Shown piece by piece: positions 10,704 through 22,736 of a DNA stretch of 64,000 nt; the first letter of the stretch is position 1; the number at the start of each line of letters is the position of its first letter. Under the pieces are notes generated by a model. It did not search any database. It was not told where the DNA came from and saw only the letters and a program-made list of their open reading frames with translations. Made by a program: the position numbers and the translations under genes. Source of the stretch: Candidatus Woesearchaeota archaeon (lineage in GTDB: Archaea; Nanobdellota; Nanobdellia; Woesearchaeales; ARS49). The stretch is taken from positions 65,260-129,259 of the forward strand of contig JAFCDQ010000002.1 in the NCBI GenBank assembly GCA_017609645.1. Reading direction: 5' to 3'.

Positions 10704-10983
10704 AGAAATTGAAGAAAAAATAGAGAAACTTGCAAATAACCTAAAAAACATGCATTTAGTATCAACAATAGAAGAAGCAAGAGAAAGGGCAAAAGAGATA
10801 ATTCTAAGCACAACAAAAGAAGGCGACAAGAGTATCAAAGAAATGATGGATGAAACCAAAGCTAAACAGCCTTTGCCTAAAATTGAAGAAATAGAAAAAA
10901 CAGAAGAAAACAAAGATGAAGAGGAAAACACAGAAGAGCTCAAAACAGAGGGTACAAGCCCTGAACGCGATGAAAACGATTAA
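10696..10983 (+). CDS. Small acidic hypothetical protein
   Basis: 95-aa ORF overlapping the upstream stop, with native A-rich codon usage. Confidence 0.6.
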   Translation: MNEEIEEKIEKLANNLKNMHLVSTIEEARERAKEIILSTTKEGDKSIKEMMDETKAKQPLPKIEEIEKTEENKDEEENTEELKTEGTSPERDEND

Positions 10984-11010
10984 GTCGCTACTCTAGAATA
11001 CTAACAATAA

Positions 11011-11030
11011 CGAAACATTTAAATATAAAA
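11011..11030 (+). promoter_or_regulatory. Archaeal BRE/TATA promoter
   Basis: CGAAACATTTAAATATA upstream of the S-layer-like gene; similar motifs precede many genes in the window. Confidence 0.6.
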
Positions 11031-11074
11031 TATATTATTCTCTGGTTAATTAACCTATGTGGGGTGGATTATAA

Positions 11075-12463
11075 ATGAAAACAAATAAAATGCTATTTAC
11101 GGTATTAATGCTCGTCTTACTTGCAGGCATGGCAAGTGCATTACAAGTAGGCAGCGCAAAAATCGGTGATGATAATCAAGACAGAGTTGAAAATGTTAGT
11201 GCAACATTTCAAATAACAAATAATGGGAGTGTAACACTAGATAACATAACAGTATCTACAACTGCAGATCCTAAATACAACCTACAGTTTACAAATAAAC
11301 CAACAAGTCTGGCTCCTGGAGCTGCACAAACAGTAACTGTAACAGGAAAAATACCTCTTGATTTTGATGCAGTAGATACAACAACTTTGGAAGAAAAAGC
11401 ATTCAAAATCGGCGATATCACAGTACAAGGATATGAAGCAACTGTTCTTGTAAGTGAAACTGCAGATCTTAATATGCAGGCTGTAAACCAAATAGAACTA
11501 AAGAAAATCAAAGTAAGCTGCGATAGTAATGAAGAAAATCTTGATGACGGCGAAAAAATGAAAGAACTAAAGCCTGACATGCAAGATTGTCAATTCTATA
11601 TCAAGATTGAAAATGATTTCAATGAAAATGATAAAAATGACCAAAAAATAGGAGACATTGAAATTGACACAACTATTGAAGTTGAAAGCGATGATTCTGA
11701 TGTTGACCTAGATGATAGTGATGAAGTAAACTTAGATGCTGATGAATATGAAGAAATCACATTTGACTTTGATATTGATGAAGAAGCAGATGATGGATCA
11801 TATGAAATCACTGTTAAAGTTTTCGGAACAGATGAAAACAACGCATTTCACGGAGAAAAATGGACAGTAGAACTAGAAGTTGAAAGATTAAAGCACGACC
11901 TTACTTTTGACAAAGTCAGTGTAAATCCATCTGAACTAGAAACTTGTGATGTAAACGGCGCAGTAAATGTTGCTGTAACTATATACAACATGGGCAGAAG
12001 AGATGAAGATGAAGCAGCTGTTGAATTGAAATTACCAGATTTCAAATACTCAAAAAAGATAGAAGATATTGAAATCGACAGAAGCGACAAGACAACTGTA
12101 AACTTTGACGTCCTACTTCCAGTGAATGTTAAAGAAGGTTTATACAGAGGAACATTAAAAAGCTACTTTGATACTCTGGCAGAAAGCCATAGTGAAACAG
12201 TTCAAATCAAAGTAACAAAATGCACCACTGAAGAACCTGAAGAAACAGAAGAAGATAACCAAACAACCATAGTAATTCCACAGCAAACACAACAGCAAAT
12301 ACCTCCAACAATAACAAAAGCGCAAACAACTACACCAACCACACAAACCAAAGATAGTTTCACAGAAAGCACAGCTTACTTGGGACTTTTAACAGCATTT
12401 GTCGTCTTACTATTGATAGCAATAGTAATTATCGGTGTTGTTTTCTTTGTGAAGAAGAAATAA
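11075..12463 (+). CDS. Putative S-layer/cell-surface glycoprotein
   Basis: Signal peptide, acidic Ig-like domains, Thr/Gln-rich linker, C-terminal TM plus KKK. Confidence 0.75.
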   Translation: MKTNKMLFTVLMLVLLAGMASALQVGSAKIGDDNQDRVENVSATFQITNNGSVTLDNITVSTTADPKYNLQFTNKPTSLAPGAAQTVTVTGKIPLDFDAVDTTTLEEKAFKIGDITVQGYEATVLVSETADLNMQAVNQIELKKIKVSCDSNEENLDDGEKMKELKPDMQDCQFYIKIENDFNENDKNDQKIGDIEIDTTIEVESDDSDVDLDDSDEVNLDADEYEEITFDFDIDEEADDGSYEITVKVFGTDENNAFHGEKWTVELEVERLKHDLTFDKVSVNPSELETCDVNGAVNVAVTIYNMGRRDEDEAAVELKLPDFKYSKKIEDIEIDRSDKTTVNFDVLLPVNVKEGLYRGTLKSYFDTLAESHSETVQIKVTKCTTEEPEETEEDNQTTIVIPQQTQQQIPPTITKAQTTTPTTQTKDSFTESTAYLGLLTAFVVLLLIAIVIIGVVFFVKKK

Positions 12464-12485
12464 ATTTTTATTTTTTTTCTCTTTT

Positions 12486-12956
12486 TTATATTTTTTTAAC
12501 AAATTGTACCTTATGTAATCTATTCTCAATATCCTCTTTAACTTTTATAGGATTACGAAGTTTATGCATGCTAAGTTCATAATGCTCTCCTCCACCTGTA
12601 TTTAATTCTAAAGTACCATAATGGAAAATACTTTGAAGAAGAGTCTGCTTAACATGCATATCAGAAATCATATAAAGAGGAACACTCTTACATATATGCT
12701 TTAAAAAACCAGTCCTCATCTCAACTTTTTTATCATCAACAATCAATTGATTCACCGAAATCAAAATCTCAAAATAAAACAAGAACAAAAAGAAAAGAAC
12801 AAAGCAACCTATGTTAAAGATTTGATTCCATTTTACATAAAACGCAAGAAACAAAAAAGCAAAAGTAATCAAATAATAAAACAAATACGCAATCCTGCTC
12901 TGTTTGTAAGTCTTTGTCGAAATATAGACTTCTTTCTTATCTAAAACTTCAGCCAT
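12486..12956 (-). CDS. Membrane protein with bacterial PH (bPH_2) domain
   Basis: Two TM helices, then RTGFL...I.D..VKQTLLQSIFHYGTL motif. Confidence 0.8.
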   Translation of the reverse strand: MAEVLDKKEVYISTKTYKQSRIAYLFYYLITFAFLFLAFYVKWNQIFNIGCFVLFFLFLFYFEILISVNQLIVDDKKVEMRTGFLKHICKSVPLYMISDMHVKQTLLQSIFHYGTLELNTGGGEHYELSMHKLRNPIKVKEDIENRLHKVQFVKKI

Positions 12957-13366
12957 GCTGGAAGAGCCCCTGCGATAAATGGATAAAGATAAGGCGCTGC
13001 AACAATCAATGCACCAATCAACAGACTGTGAAACCAAGTCTCAGACAAACCCTTAACTTGAGTCATAGCAGCTCCAGGAATCACTTTGCTTACAGCATGA
13101 ATCTTAATAGCAGCAATCAAACCAATAACAATCCTAAAAACCAAAGCAGATCCTAAAATCGGAATAGCTTTAATAGCAGGAAGCAAACCAAAAACAAAAT
13201 CAACATTCATACTACAAAAAACAAAAATCACAGAAAGAATAAGCGCATGAAACATATGACCAAAACGATGAGTAGGAACAGAAACATCTCTATGAACTAC
13301 AATAGCCTCATAAGCACCAATAATTAAACCTAAAGCCAAAGCAGGGCCAATAATTAAATCCGCCAT
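12941..13366 (-). CDS. Hypothetical membrane protein (His-containing helices)
   Basis: GAGGTGA RBS; about four TM helices with several His residues. Confidence 0.7.
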   Translation of the reverse strand: MADLIIGPALALGLIIGAYEAIVVHRDVSVPTHRFGHMFHALILSVIFVFCSMNVDFVFGLLPAIKAIPILGSALVFRIVIGLIAAIKIHAVSKVIPGAAMTQVKGLSETWFHSLLIGALIVAAPYLYPFIAGALPAWLKF

Positions 13367-13420
13367 GAAATTCACCTCTTTCAACAGCTAAATAAGCAAA
13401 TGTTTTTTTAAAGCTTTCTG

Positions 13421-14008
13421 TCAAATCACCTTAAACAGAATCAAAACACCAAGAATAACAAGTCCAAGACTAGCAATCTCTTCCTTATACTTTAACTTAC
13501 TAATCTTTTCTGCAAAAAAAATCACTACAACTATTTCTAACAAAGTTCCAATCAAAATTCCAATCACAGCAAAAATCTGCGTAACTAACGCACCTAAAAA
13601 AAGCGGCGCATAAGCAATAATATCATCAAGAACAGTTGCAAAAGAAGCAATAAAACCAATGCCAATCAATTTTGTGAAACGCATTGCAGAAATTTTTTTA
13701 ATTTTTAACAATTTCTTCTCAGCTTTAGCTCTTGGCTTATGAACAAAAACATCAAAATAAATCAAAATCGCTAACAAAAATAACAATCCAACAATAAAAT
13801 ATCTATAAAAAGGAATTTTTTTCAAAATTGTAGAAAAAAATATCGCTATAATGATGGCAATGATAATAGCTATCAAAGTTCCAATAGAAAAAGCAATCTT
13901 TCCCATCTTAGTTCTTGTCACACTAGCAAGAACTGGAATGTGAGTAATAGTATCATCAAAACCAGTAATGATTTTTGCAAAAAAACCAAGCAAAAGATAT
14001 TTTAACAT
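13421..14008 (-). CDS. CadD-like (LysE superfamily) metal exporter
   Basis: Internally duplicated ITGFDD and ATVLDDIIAYAPLF motifs, about six TM helices. Confidence 0.6.
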   Translation of the reverse strand: MLKYLLLGFFAKIITGFDDTITHIPVLASVTRTKMGKIAFSIGTLIAIIIAIIIAIFFSTILKKIPFYRYFIVGLLFLLAILIYFDVFVHKPRAKAEKKLLKIKKISAMRFTKLIGIGFIASFATVLDDIIAYAPLFLGALVTQIFAVIGILIGTLLEIVVVIFFAEKISKLKYKEEIASLGLVILGVLILFKVI

Positions 14009-14009
14009 A

Positions 14010-15392
14010 TTATATTCTGCCAATTAATCGATAAAAGGAATTGAAGAAATCTTTTTTCTTAAATTTGTCTAATGCTTTATTGTTTATATTAGATAAACTG
14101 GGGATAGGAAAAGAAATCTTCTTCAAATTCTTTATGTTCTTACCGAGCATTAAAACATAATTATTAATCAGCTCAGAAGAATTTCTAGATGCAAGAATAA
14201 CACCAATTATTTTTGATTTTTTCAAAATTAACTTAAGAAAACCTTTATTTCCTTTATATTTACTCGCGTCGATTTCTTTAAACTCAACCTTAACAGTATT
14301 AAATCCTCTTTTATCAGCAATATCTTTCTCTGTTCTGCCAAGAACCGCAATCTCAGGATCAATATGAAGAACAACAGGAATTTTCTTGAAATTAACCATC
14401 TTAGGAATATGCAAAATATTAGACAACACAACATCAGCCTGATGAACTGCGCAATCTGCATATGTCATGCCTGTTACATCACCGCAAGCAAAAATATTCA
14501 TAACAGAAGTCTTGCATCTTTTACCAACTTTAATACAACCTCCCTCAGTAAATTTAATACCTGTTGCAGGAAGATTAATCTCATCAAGCATAGGAATCCT
14601 GCCAGTAGCCAAAAAAATCTCATCAGTTTTTATCACAATCTTCTTCTTATCAGTAATAGACTCTATCAGCTTCCTTTTAGCAGAATGAGAAATTCTCTTA
14701 ACTAAAACATCTGTAAAAATTTTAACACCTTGTTTTTCAAGCATATCTGAAACAAAAAAACCAACATGCTTATCAAATTCCGCAAGAATCCTGCTGTTTT
14801 GCTCAAGCAAAGCAACCTGGCAGCCAAACCTAGACAATGCAAAAGCAAGTTCAACACCAGACATTCCTGCGCCAAGAATACAAACACTCTTTGGAAGTTT
14901 TTTCAAAGTAAACAAATCCTTCGCAAGCAAATATTTGCTATCTTCTAAACCTTCAATACTTGGAACAAGAGGCTTGCTTCCTGTAGCGAGCACAAATTTT
15001 CTTGCAAAAATCTTCTCTCCTTTTAATTCAAGAGCTTTTTTATTAATAAATTTAGGAGAACCAAACAAAACCTTAATCCCTAAACGTTTTAGCTCTTCTG
15101 GACTAATAGAATCATAAATCTCCTTATTAGTCTCATGAATTTTTTTAATCAAAGCAGAAAAATCAAAATCGCGCTTTGTATTGATGCCTAAAGACTTAGC
15201 TCTTTTTAATTCAGTAAACATCTTAGAAGCTTCAGAAAGAACATTAAAAGGAACAGTATTCCACCAAAGATAACTGCCGCCAAGTTTATTTTTCTCAATC
15301 AAACATACATCAAGATTCAACAAAGCTGCCTTTTTTGCAATATGCAACCCTGCAGCTCCTCCGCCCAGCACAACTATATCAAATCGCCTCAT
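14010..15392 (-). CDS. Pyridine nucleotide-disulfide oxidoreductase family flavoprotein lacking the redox cysteines
   Basis: GGGAAG FAD motif, LATGS, GAGMSGVE and IFACGD present; the CxxxxC site reads GGSYLWWNTVP. Confidence 0.85.
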   Translation of the reverse strand: MRRFDIVVLGGGAAGLHIAKKAALLNLDVCLIEKNKLGGSYLWWNTVPFNVLSEASKMFTELKRAKSLGINTKRDFDFSALIKKIHETNKEIYDSISPEELKRLGIKVLFGSPKFINKKALELKGEKIFARKFVLATGSKPLVPSIEGLEDSKYLLAKDLFTLKKLPKSVCILGAGMSGVELAFALSRFGCQVALLEQNSRILAEFDKHVGFFVSDMLEKQGVKIFTDVLVKRISHSAKRKLIESITDKKKIVIKTDEIFLATGRIPMLDEINLPATGIKFTEGGCIKVGKRCKTSVMNIFACGDVTGMTYADCAVHQADVVLSNILHIPKMVNFKKIPVVLHIDPEIAVLGRTEKDIADKRGFNTVKVEFKEIDASKYKGNKGFLKLILKKSKIIGVILASRNSSELINNYVLMLGKNIKNLKKISFPIPSLSNINNKALDKFKKKDFFNSFYRLIGRI

Positions 15393-15457
15393 TTTTTAAT
15401 AAAGTAACTTAAAGGTATTTAAATAACTTTTTAAAGTAAAGAATAAAAATATCAGTA

Positions 15458-15940
15458 ATGAATACTATTGCCCACATATTTTTTGGATATATCGCCTGTG
15501 TATTAGTATTTGGCGAGCAAATTTCTAATGAACATTTTCTTGCAATAGCATTATTCTCAATACTAATTGATTTAGACCACATACCAGGATTAATAAAATA
15601 TTTCAAGACCTCAAAAAGCAAAAGAAAATACCTGCCAGAAAATATTTTAGCAAACTGGTTTAGGTCTGGCTTTCAAGAACCAATAGGAATATTATTCATC
15701 ATCATAACATTAGGCTTATTATGGATATTAGGAATTACCAATATACTAATCCCTATAGGAATTTTATGTGTATTCACACATTGGCTAGTTGATTTATTAA
15801 CAGTGCACAATCAACCATTAGCTCCATTTTCACATGTAGTTTTTGCCTGGAAATTCAAAACAAAAAAACAAAGATTAATAAGTGAATTAGTGATAACCGC
15901 AATAGTGTTCATCATATTTTTAATAATATATTATTACTAA
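15458..15940 (+). CDS. Membrane metal-dependent hydrolase (YdjM-like)
   Basis: N-terminal H, IDLDH and HWLVDL motifs. Confidence 0.7.
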   Translation: MNTIAHIFFGYIACVLVFGEQISNEHFLAIALFSILIDLDHIPGLIKYFKTSKSKRKYLPENILANWFRSGFQEPIGILFIIITLGLLWILGITNILIPIGILCVFTHWLVDLLTVHNQPLAPFSHVVFAWKFKTKKQRLISELVITAIVFIIFLIIYYY

Positions 15941-15944
15941 TAAA

Positions 15945-16223
15945 ATGAAAAAAAGAAGTGTGGGAAAAAAGACGAGATGCAAACAACTAAATCCAAAACT
16001 CAAAAAAGCATGGGATTATGGAGTAACTGTGTTCTGCATAGCAAACAATGGCGCATATTTCTTAGGACAAAAAGAATTAGTAAAAGGTCTTACAAGAGAT
16101 GTTTATCAATTCTCAAAAGATAAAGCAAAGAGAATTAAAGTATTACCTAAACATAAACTAAAAATCAAATACATGAAAAATATTCCAAAACATATTTCTA
16201 ATTTAATGAATAAATTAAGATAA
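15945..16223 (+). CDS. Small basic hypothetical protein
   Basis: 92-aa ORF 4 bp after the upstream stop. Confidence 0.5.
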   Translation: MKKRSVGKKTRCKQLNPKLKKAWDYGVTVFCIANNGAYFLGQKELVKGLTRDVYQFSKDKAKRIKVLPKHKLKIKYMKNIPKHISNLMNKLR

Positions 16224-16309
16224 TTGAATTTGTTAATATCTTCAGATTATTCTTAAGATAGACTATTTTCTAAATGTTTTTTTCAAATAGTAAATAAGAA
16301 AAAAATGAA

Positions 16310-16322
16310 GACCATGCATAGA
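16310..16322 (-). other. 3' arm of the 23S rRNA processing stem
   Basis: GACCATGCATAGA is the perfect inverted repeat of TCTATGCATGGTC at 19245-19257. Confidence 0.75.
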
Positions 16323-16337
16323 CGACCAAATAAGCGA

Positions 16338-19228
16338 AGAGTGTTTAGTAACTGCATGCTGAATATCTCGTTACCTCGATACTTACACACCAGTTCTATC
16401 AAACGGATCTTTTATCCGAACTCCAAAGAGGTCTCTTTTCTAGGTGGGCTTCATCCTTAGATGCTTTCAGGACTTATCCCTTAACGCGTAGCTGCCCTGC
16501 TTAATACCTTGTCAGATAGCAGGTAGACCAGTGGCGTCGAAAGCAAGTTCCTCTCGTACTATTGCTTCCTTCCCATCAGACCTCTAACACCTCCAGTAGA
16601 TATCAAACAAACTGCCTCACAGCGTTCTGAACCCAGCTAACGATCCCTTTTAACAGGTGAACTCCCTCACCCTTGGCAGCTGCTGCACTGCCAGGATAGG
16701 AAGAGCCGACATCGACGCAGCAAACCGCACCGTCGATATGAACTCTCGGGTGCGACAACTCCATTACCCCCGGAGTAACTTTTCGGTCATACCCAACCCT
16801 CATCAAGAAGGTTTGGGGGTTCGCTAGGCCCTGCTTTCGCATCTGCATCTCATCAAATTAAAGATACAGTCAGGCTGACTTTTGCCCTTGCACTCTACAT
16901 CCGATTTCTGACCGGATTGAGTCAACCTTAGGGCGCCATTGATATCTTTTCAACGGCGTGCCGCCCCAGCCGAACTGTCCGCCAGCAGGTGTCCTCCTCA
17001 TCGGAGTAAGCAACGCAAGTTAAGGTGTGTGGTGTTACATTGACGTCTAAGATACATTCTGACGAGTGTATCCTCAAACAACTCCCACATACGCTGTACA
17101 CCGCAACTCACGCCGCAACTACAAGCTACAGTAAAGTTTCACGGGGTCTTCGCTTCCCACTGGAGGTCTCTGGCCTTCGCACCAGAATAGAGTGTTCAGA
17201 GGTTTCTAGTTGGGGACAGTGACAACCTCGTTACGCCCTTCATGCACGTCGCCATTCAAACGACAAGGCATTACGCTACCTTAAGAGAGTTATAGTTACT
17301 CCCGCCGTTTACCGGTCCTTATCCCCCTTGAAAAGAAGTTTCGGATACCGGCACTGGGCAGACGTCACTGGCTATACAAGGCTTTGCAGCTTAGCAGCCA
17401 GTTACGTTTTTGGTAAACAGTCGGGCCATCCTAGTCAGTGCCCCCTGAGTTCGCACGTAGAGCGTACAAACCCAGGGATCCCTTATACCGAAGACACGGG
17501 ACTAATTTGCCGAATTCCCTCAACTAGATTAAACCTTCACACCTTAGACTTCTCATCTAGGGGCACCAGTGCTGGTTCTGGGTACGGTCATTCAAGATTT
17601 TTGAAAATTTCTTTTTCACGGGCTCTAGACATCAGCAGAACTTGGCATAACCAAGCTATTCTCGTCTTAATCCAGTTCTCGTCGTTACGATACTCCTTGG
17701 ATTTATTCTAATTAATATGAACGATGGTTCATATCTGCCTAGTCCAAAACGTCAGAAATTAACCCTGCGTTACCGCACATACTTGAACAGTACAGGAATA
17801 TTAACCTGTTTCCCTTTCCTCATACATTCCAATTAGGAACTTGGTTAGGACCGACTAACCCTTGGCTGATTGACATTGCCAAGGAACCCTTGCCCTTTCG
17901 GTGACAGAGATTCTCACTCTGCTAAGATCTTACTTCCACCAGGATCTTCATTCTTACTCGGTTCTTTTACACTCACGCGCAAAATTTAATCCAAGCAAGA
18001 CGCCTGCCTAACACAACCTTGTAGGTTGCCTATAGTATCGGTAATTGGTTTAGCCCCGTCCATTTTCAGGACCTGCGCCCTTGATGGGTAAGCTGTTACG
18101 CACTTTTTAAAGGATGGCTGCTTCTAAGCCAACCTCCCCACTGTCTCAGAGCACAGATACCTTTTACCCGTTAACACTTAACCAATATTTTGGGACCTTA
18201 ACTATAGTCTGGGTTGTTCCCCTCGCGGATTCCAAGCTTACCCCGGAACCCCGTCTCCCGACTTCTACGAAATTGGATCTATTTGGAGTTGGACAAGAAA
18301 CCGAGGGATTTCTCCCCCTAAATCTCAAATCCGTAGCTCTACAAGACCAATATTCTCAGTCGAGGCTTGACTGCGGCCAAATTTGACAGGAACCAGCTAT
18401 CACCGATCTCGATTGGCTTTTCACCCCTAATCCCAGGTCAGAAGAACGCTTGCACACAGTATCTCTTCAGGCCTCCACGAAGTTTTATCTCCGCTTCACC
18501 TTGCCCAGGATTAGATCGACCGGTTTCGGGTCGTGTTCTAGTGACTTCAGACATTTTCATATCTCGCCCCTCATTACTTGCGGGCTAATTGCTTTCGCTA
18601 TGGCTCCCTCCTGATGAGTTAACCTCGCCACTAAAACACACTCCCTGGCACGTTATTCGAAACGTACGACACAACTCCGAAGAGCCGTGTCTTTCTATCC
18701 TTGTAAGATTTCAGGTTCTTTTCACTCCCTGTTAAGGGATCTTTTCAACTTTCCCTCACGGTACTAGTGCACTATCGGACTCTAGACGTATTTAGAGTTG
18801 GAAGTTGATGCCTCCCAATTTCTTATCTCATTTCCAAGAGATAATACTCAGGATACTCGTCCTTATATCCTGCTCAGTTACTTTTACGGGACTATCACCC
18901 TCTAAGGTGCTGCTTTCCAACAGACTTCAAATTACTAAGCGAGGAATTAGGTCAAGTCCTATAACACCACATTTCTAATATTTTTCAATACCAGATTCGG
19001 TTTGCTCTATATGGTTTTCAGTCGCCCTTACTAACCACATCTCGTTTGATTTCTTTTCCTTTAGGTACTAAGACGTTTCAATTCCCTAAGTTACTCAGCT
19101 TTTCAGCTTTAAAAGGAAGTCCTATTCGGAGACTCTTGGTTCAAAGCCTACATACAACTCGCCAAGAATTTTCGCAGTTAGTCACGTCCTTCATCAGCGC
19201 CTAGAGCCAAGTCCTTCATCTTACAAGT
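16338..19228 (-). rRNA. rrl: 23S rRNA (archaeal), ends approximate
   Basis: Conserved segments including the sarcin-ricin loop (AGTACGAGAGGAAC), CTCTTAAGGTAGC and GATGAAGGACGTG; about 2.9 kb with no intron-sized insertion. Confidence 0.97.
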
Positions 19229-19352
19229 AAAGTGCTTAGGCCAATCTATGCATGGTCTCATTAATTATTAGTTGAGTCTAATAACCTTGACACAACATAC
19301 AACATACTCCTGATGATGTATGCCTTAATTATTTGATCTTGAATTTATTGAA

Positions 19353-19462
19353 TGGACCCGTCGGGAATTTCGTGTAACCCTCAGTTCAGCGACGAGAATC
19401 GCAAATCGAACCCGAGGCCTCAGCCTTGCAAGGGCTGCGCTCTACCCCTGAGCTACGGGCCC
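19353..19462 (-). tRNA. tRNA-Ala(TGC) with a 38-nt intron at position 59/60
   Basis: The 72-nt exon folds to a full cloverleaf. Intron 19367-19404 forms a bulge-helix-bulge (TTCG/CGAA central helix, 3-nt bulges). Confidence 0.92.
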
Positions 19463-19475
19463 AGTATGATTATGA

Positions 19476-19493
19476 ACAAGAGAAGTACCTGAA
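19476..19493 (-). other. 3' arm of the 16S rRNA processing stem
   Basis: ACAAGAGAAGTACCTGAA is an 18-bp perfect inverted repeat of 21116-21133. Confidence 0.8.
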
Positions 19494-19531
19494 TTGATTT
19501 TGATTTTTTTCAAAAAAAAATTGAAAAAAAA

Positions 19532-21003
<1,472 letters not shown>

Positions 21004-21254
21004 CATACAGAAAGGTATTAATGCAGACTTAACTTTTCTCCGACGAGAAAAGAGCCTTGCGTGTAACCATCGGTCGCAATATGAAATTAAAAAATCATCA
21101 CAAATGACTTCAACTTTCAGGTACTTCTCTTGTGCTTTATGAGTATAAAGCAGTCACTATCTTTTTTTCTCCTCAGCTTTCCCGAGGCTCAATAGAATAT
21201 CGTCGGAACATTTACCAACAAAAGGAGATGAGCAACTCTTGAGATTTCTAGATT

Positions 21255-21270
21255 ATTTATAAAGTTTTCT
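21255..21270 (-). promoter_or_regulatory. rRNA operon promoter (BRE/TATA)
   Basis: AGAAAACTTTATAAAT on the minus strand, about 250 bp upstream of the 16S 5' end. Confidence 0.6.
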
Positions 21271-21400
21271 ATTTTATTGAAGAAAAATAGAAATTTTTTC
21301 ATCTAGACAAAAAGATTTCCCAAATAAGATAAAAATTCTTCAACTTTTCTTCCGCAGTTCATTTTAAAATCAAAATCTATGAATTTATTAAGGTGATAAA

Positions 21401-22546
21401 ATGAACAAAAAAATTTTATTAATTTTGCTGCTAATGTTAGTATTTATTCTACCTGCAAAAGCGGTCTGGATAAACCAAGTTTATTATGATCCTATTGGAT
21501 CTGAAACATATGGAGAAGCTTTAGAATTATATAATCCAACAAATACTAGTATTGATATAAGCAATTGGATAATCGCAACAACTAGTTCTGAAACAGATGT
21601 AAAAATTCCCGAAAATACTTTTATCGAATCTTATGGTTATTTTTTAATTGCAGATGAAGGATGGAATGAAAGCAAAGATAATGAAACTTGGAAAAATGCC
21701 GAATTAGAAGAAAAAATGACATTAAAAAATACCAATGGCGCTGTTGCAATAAAAGATAACGAAGGAAATATAATAGATGCTGTAGGATGGGGTGATGAAG
21801 AAGAAATACCAACAGAATTATTTGAAGGAACACCTGCAACAAAAGTTAAAGCAGGAGAAAGTTTATTGAGAATTGAAGATACCAACGATAATTCAAAAGA
21901 TTTTGTTGCTACAAAACCTTATTTTTTTACAACAGGGGAATTAATAATAAATGCAGATATTGGAGGTTTTTCAGAAAATTCTAATATAGAAGTGTTAGCA
22001 GATGATGATTCTAATGCAGAAGGCATCCAAATATTCCCAAATAAAGGAAGCAATAGAAAAATAAAAGTAAAAACAAATTCTCCGGGAATTTTGTTATTTG
22101 GAAATCAAATATATAATTTAACTCAAGCAGATGATGGTTATGAAACCATAATTGAAATTCCTTTTTCATTACAACCAGGAATTTATACAATAAAAACAAA
22201 TAATGAAGAAACAAACATTGAAATCCTGCCTATAAAAGGCCTAAGTATTAATCAAAGAAAATTAGACTTAATAGTTACACCAGGAAGTTATGATACAAAG
22301 AAGATAAAAATAACTAACACAGGAAATACAGAAATCACCATATATGCAAAAAGTCAAAAATTTACGTCAATAAAACAAGATTTAGAAGGCCATATTGCCA
22401 TCTTAGGAAAAATCATCGACGAGCAATGGAAAGAAATAACACAATTAGGTGCTGGAGCGAATTCAGAGATTGAAATCATACTATCTGCTAAAGAAGAAGC
22501 AATAAAAGGAGAATATAAAGCAGTTCTTTCATTTAAGGCAGAATAA
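21401..22546 (+). CDS. Secreted lamin-tail-domain (LTD) protein
   Basis: Signal peptide, INQVYYDP...EALELYNPT...IDISNW, IIDAVGWG and DTNDNSKDF. Confidence 0.85.
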   Translation: MNKKILLILLLMLVFILPAKAVWINQVYYDPIGSETYGEALELYNPTNTSIDISNWIIATTSSETDVKIPENTFIESYGYFLIADEGWNESKDNETWKNAELEEKMTLKNTNGAVAIKDNEGNIIDAVGWGDEEEIPTELFEGTPATKVKAGESLLRIEDTNDNSKDFVATKPYFFTTGELIINADIGGFSENSNIEVLADDDSNAEGIQIFPNKGSNRKIKVKTNSPGILLFGNQIYNLTQADDGYETIIEIPFSLQPGIYTIKTNNEETNIEILPIKGLSINQRKLDLIVTPGSYDTKKIKITNTGNTEITIYAKSQKFTSIKQDLEGHIAILGKIIDEQWKEITQLGAGANSEIEIILSAKEEAIKGEYKAVLSFKAE

Positions 22547-22554
22547 ATAATTTT

Positions 22555-22689
22555 TTACTTTTTATTTCTAAACGCAACAAGACAAGCCTGTTTAATCCAG
22601 CATTTTTCGCAGCCTTCACACTGTTTATGTTTTTGTCCAAAACAAGGATCTTCAACAAATTTTAACATCTTCACTTCACTATCACACAT
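22555..22689 (-). CDS. 44-aa Cys-rich small protein (not in ORF track)
   Basis: MCDSEVKMLKFVEDPCFGQKHKQCEGCEKCWIKQACLVAFRNKK, with a GGTGGTG RBS and TATA-like sequence upstream. Confidence 0.7.
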   Translation of the reverse strand: MCDSEVKMLKFVEDPCFGQKHKQCEGCEKCWIKQACLVAFRNKK

Positions 22690-22736
22690 TTTGACACCAC
22701 CAAAGAATAGATAAAGTTCCATCTATATAAACGTTT

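Noticed and set aside
8450-13381. Identical 20-mer GCCATGAAATTCACCTCTTT at 8450-8469 and 13362-13381 as an islet boundary
   Set aside because: Mostly explained by the SD consensus GAGGTGA plus ATGGC before two unrelated genes; the interval holds native-looking genes.
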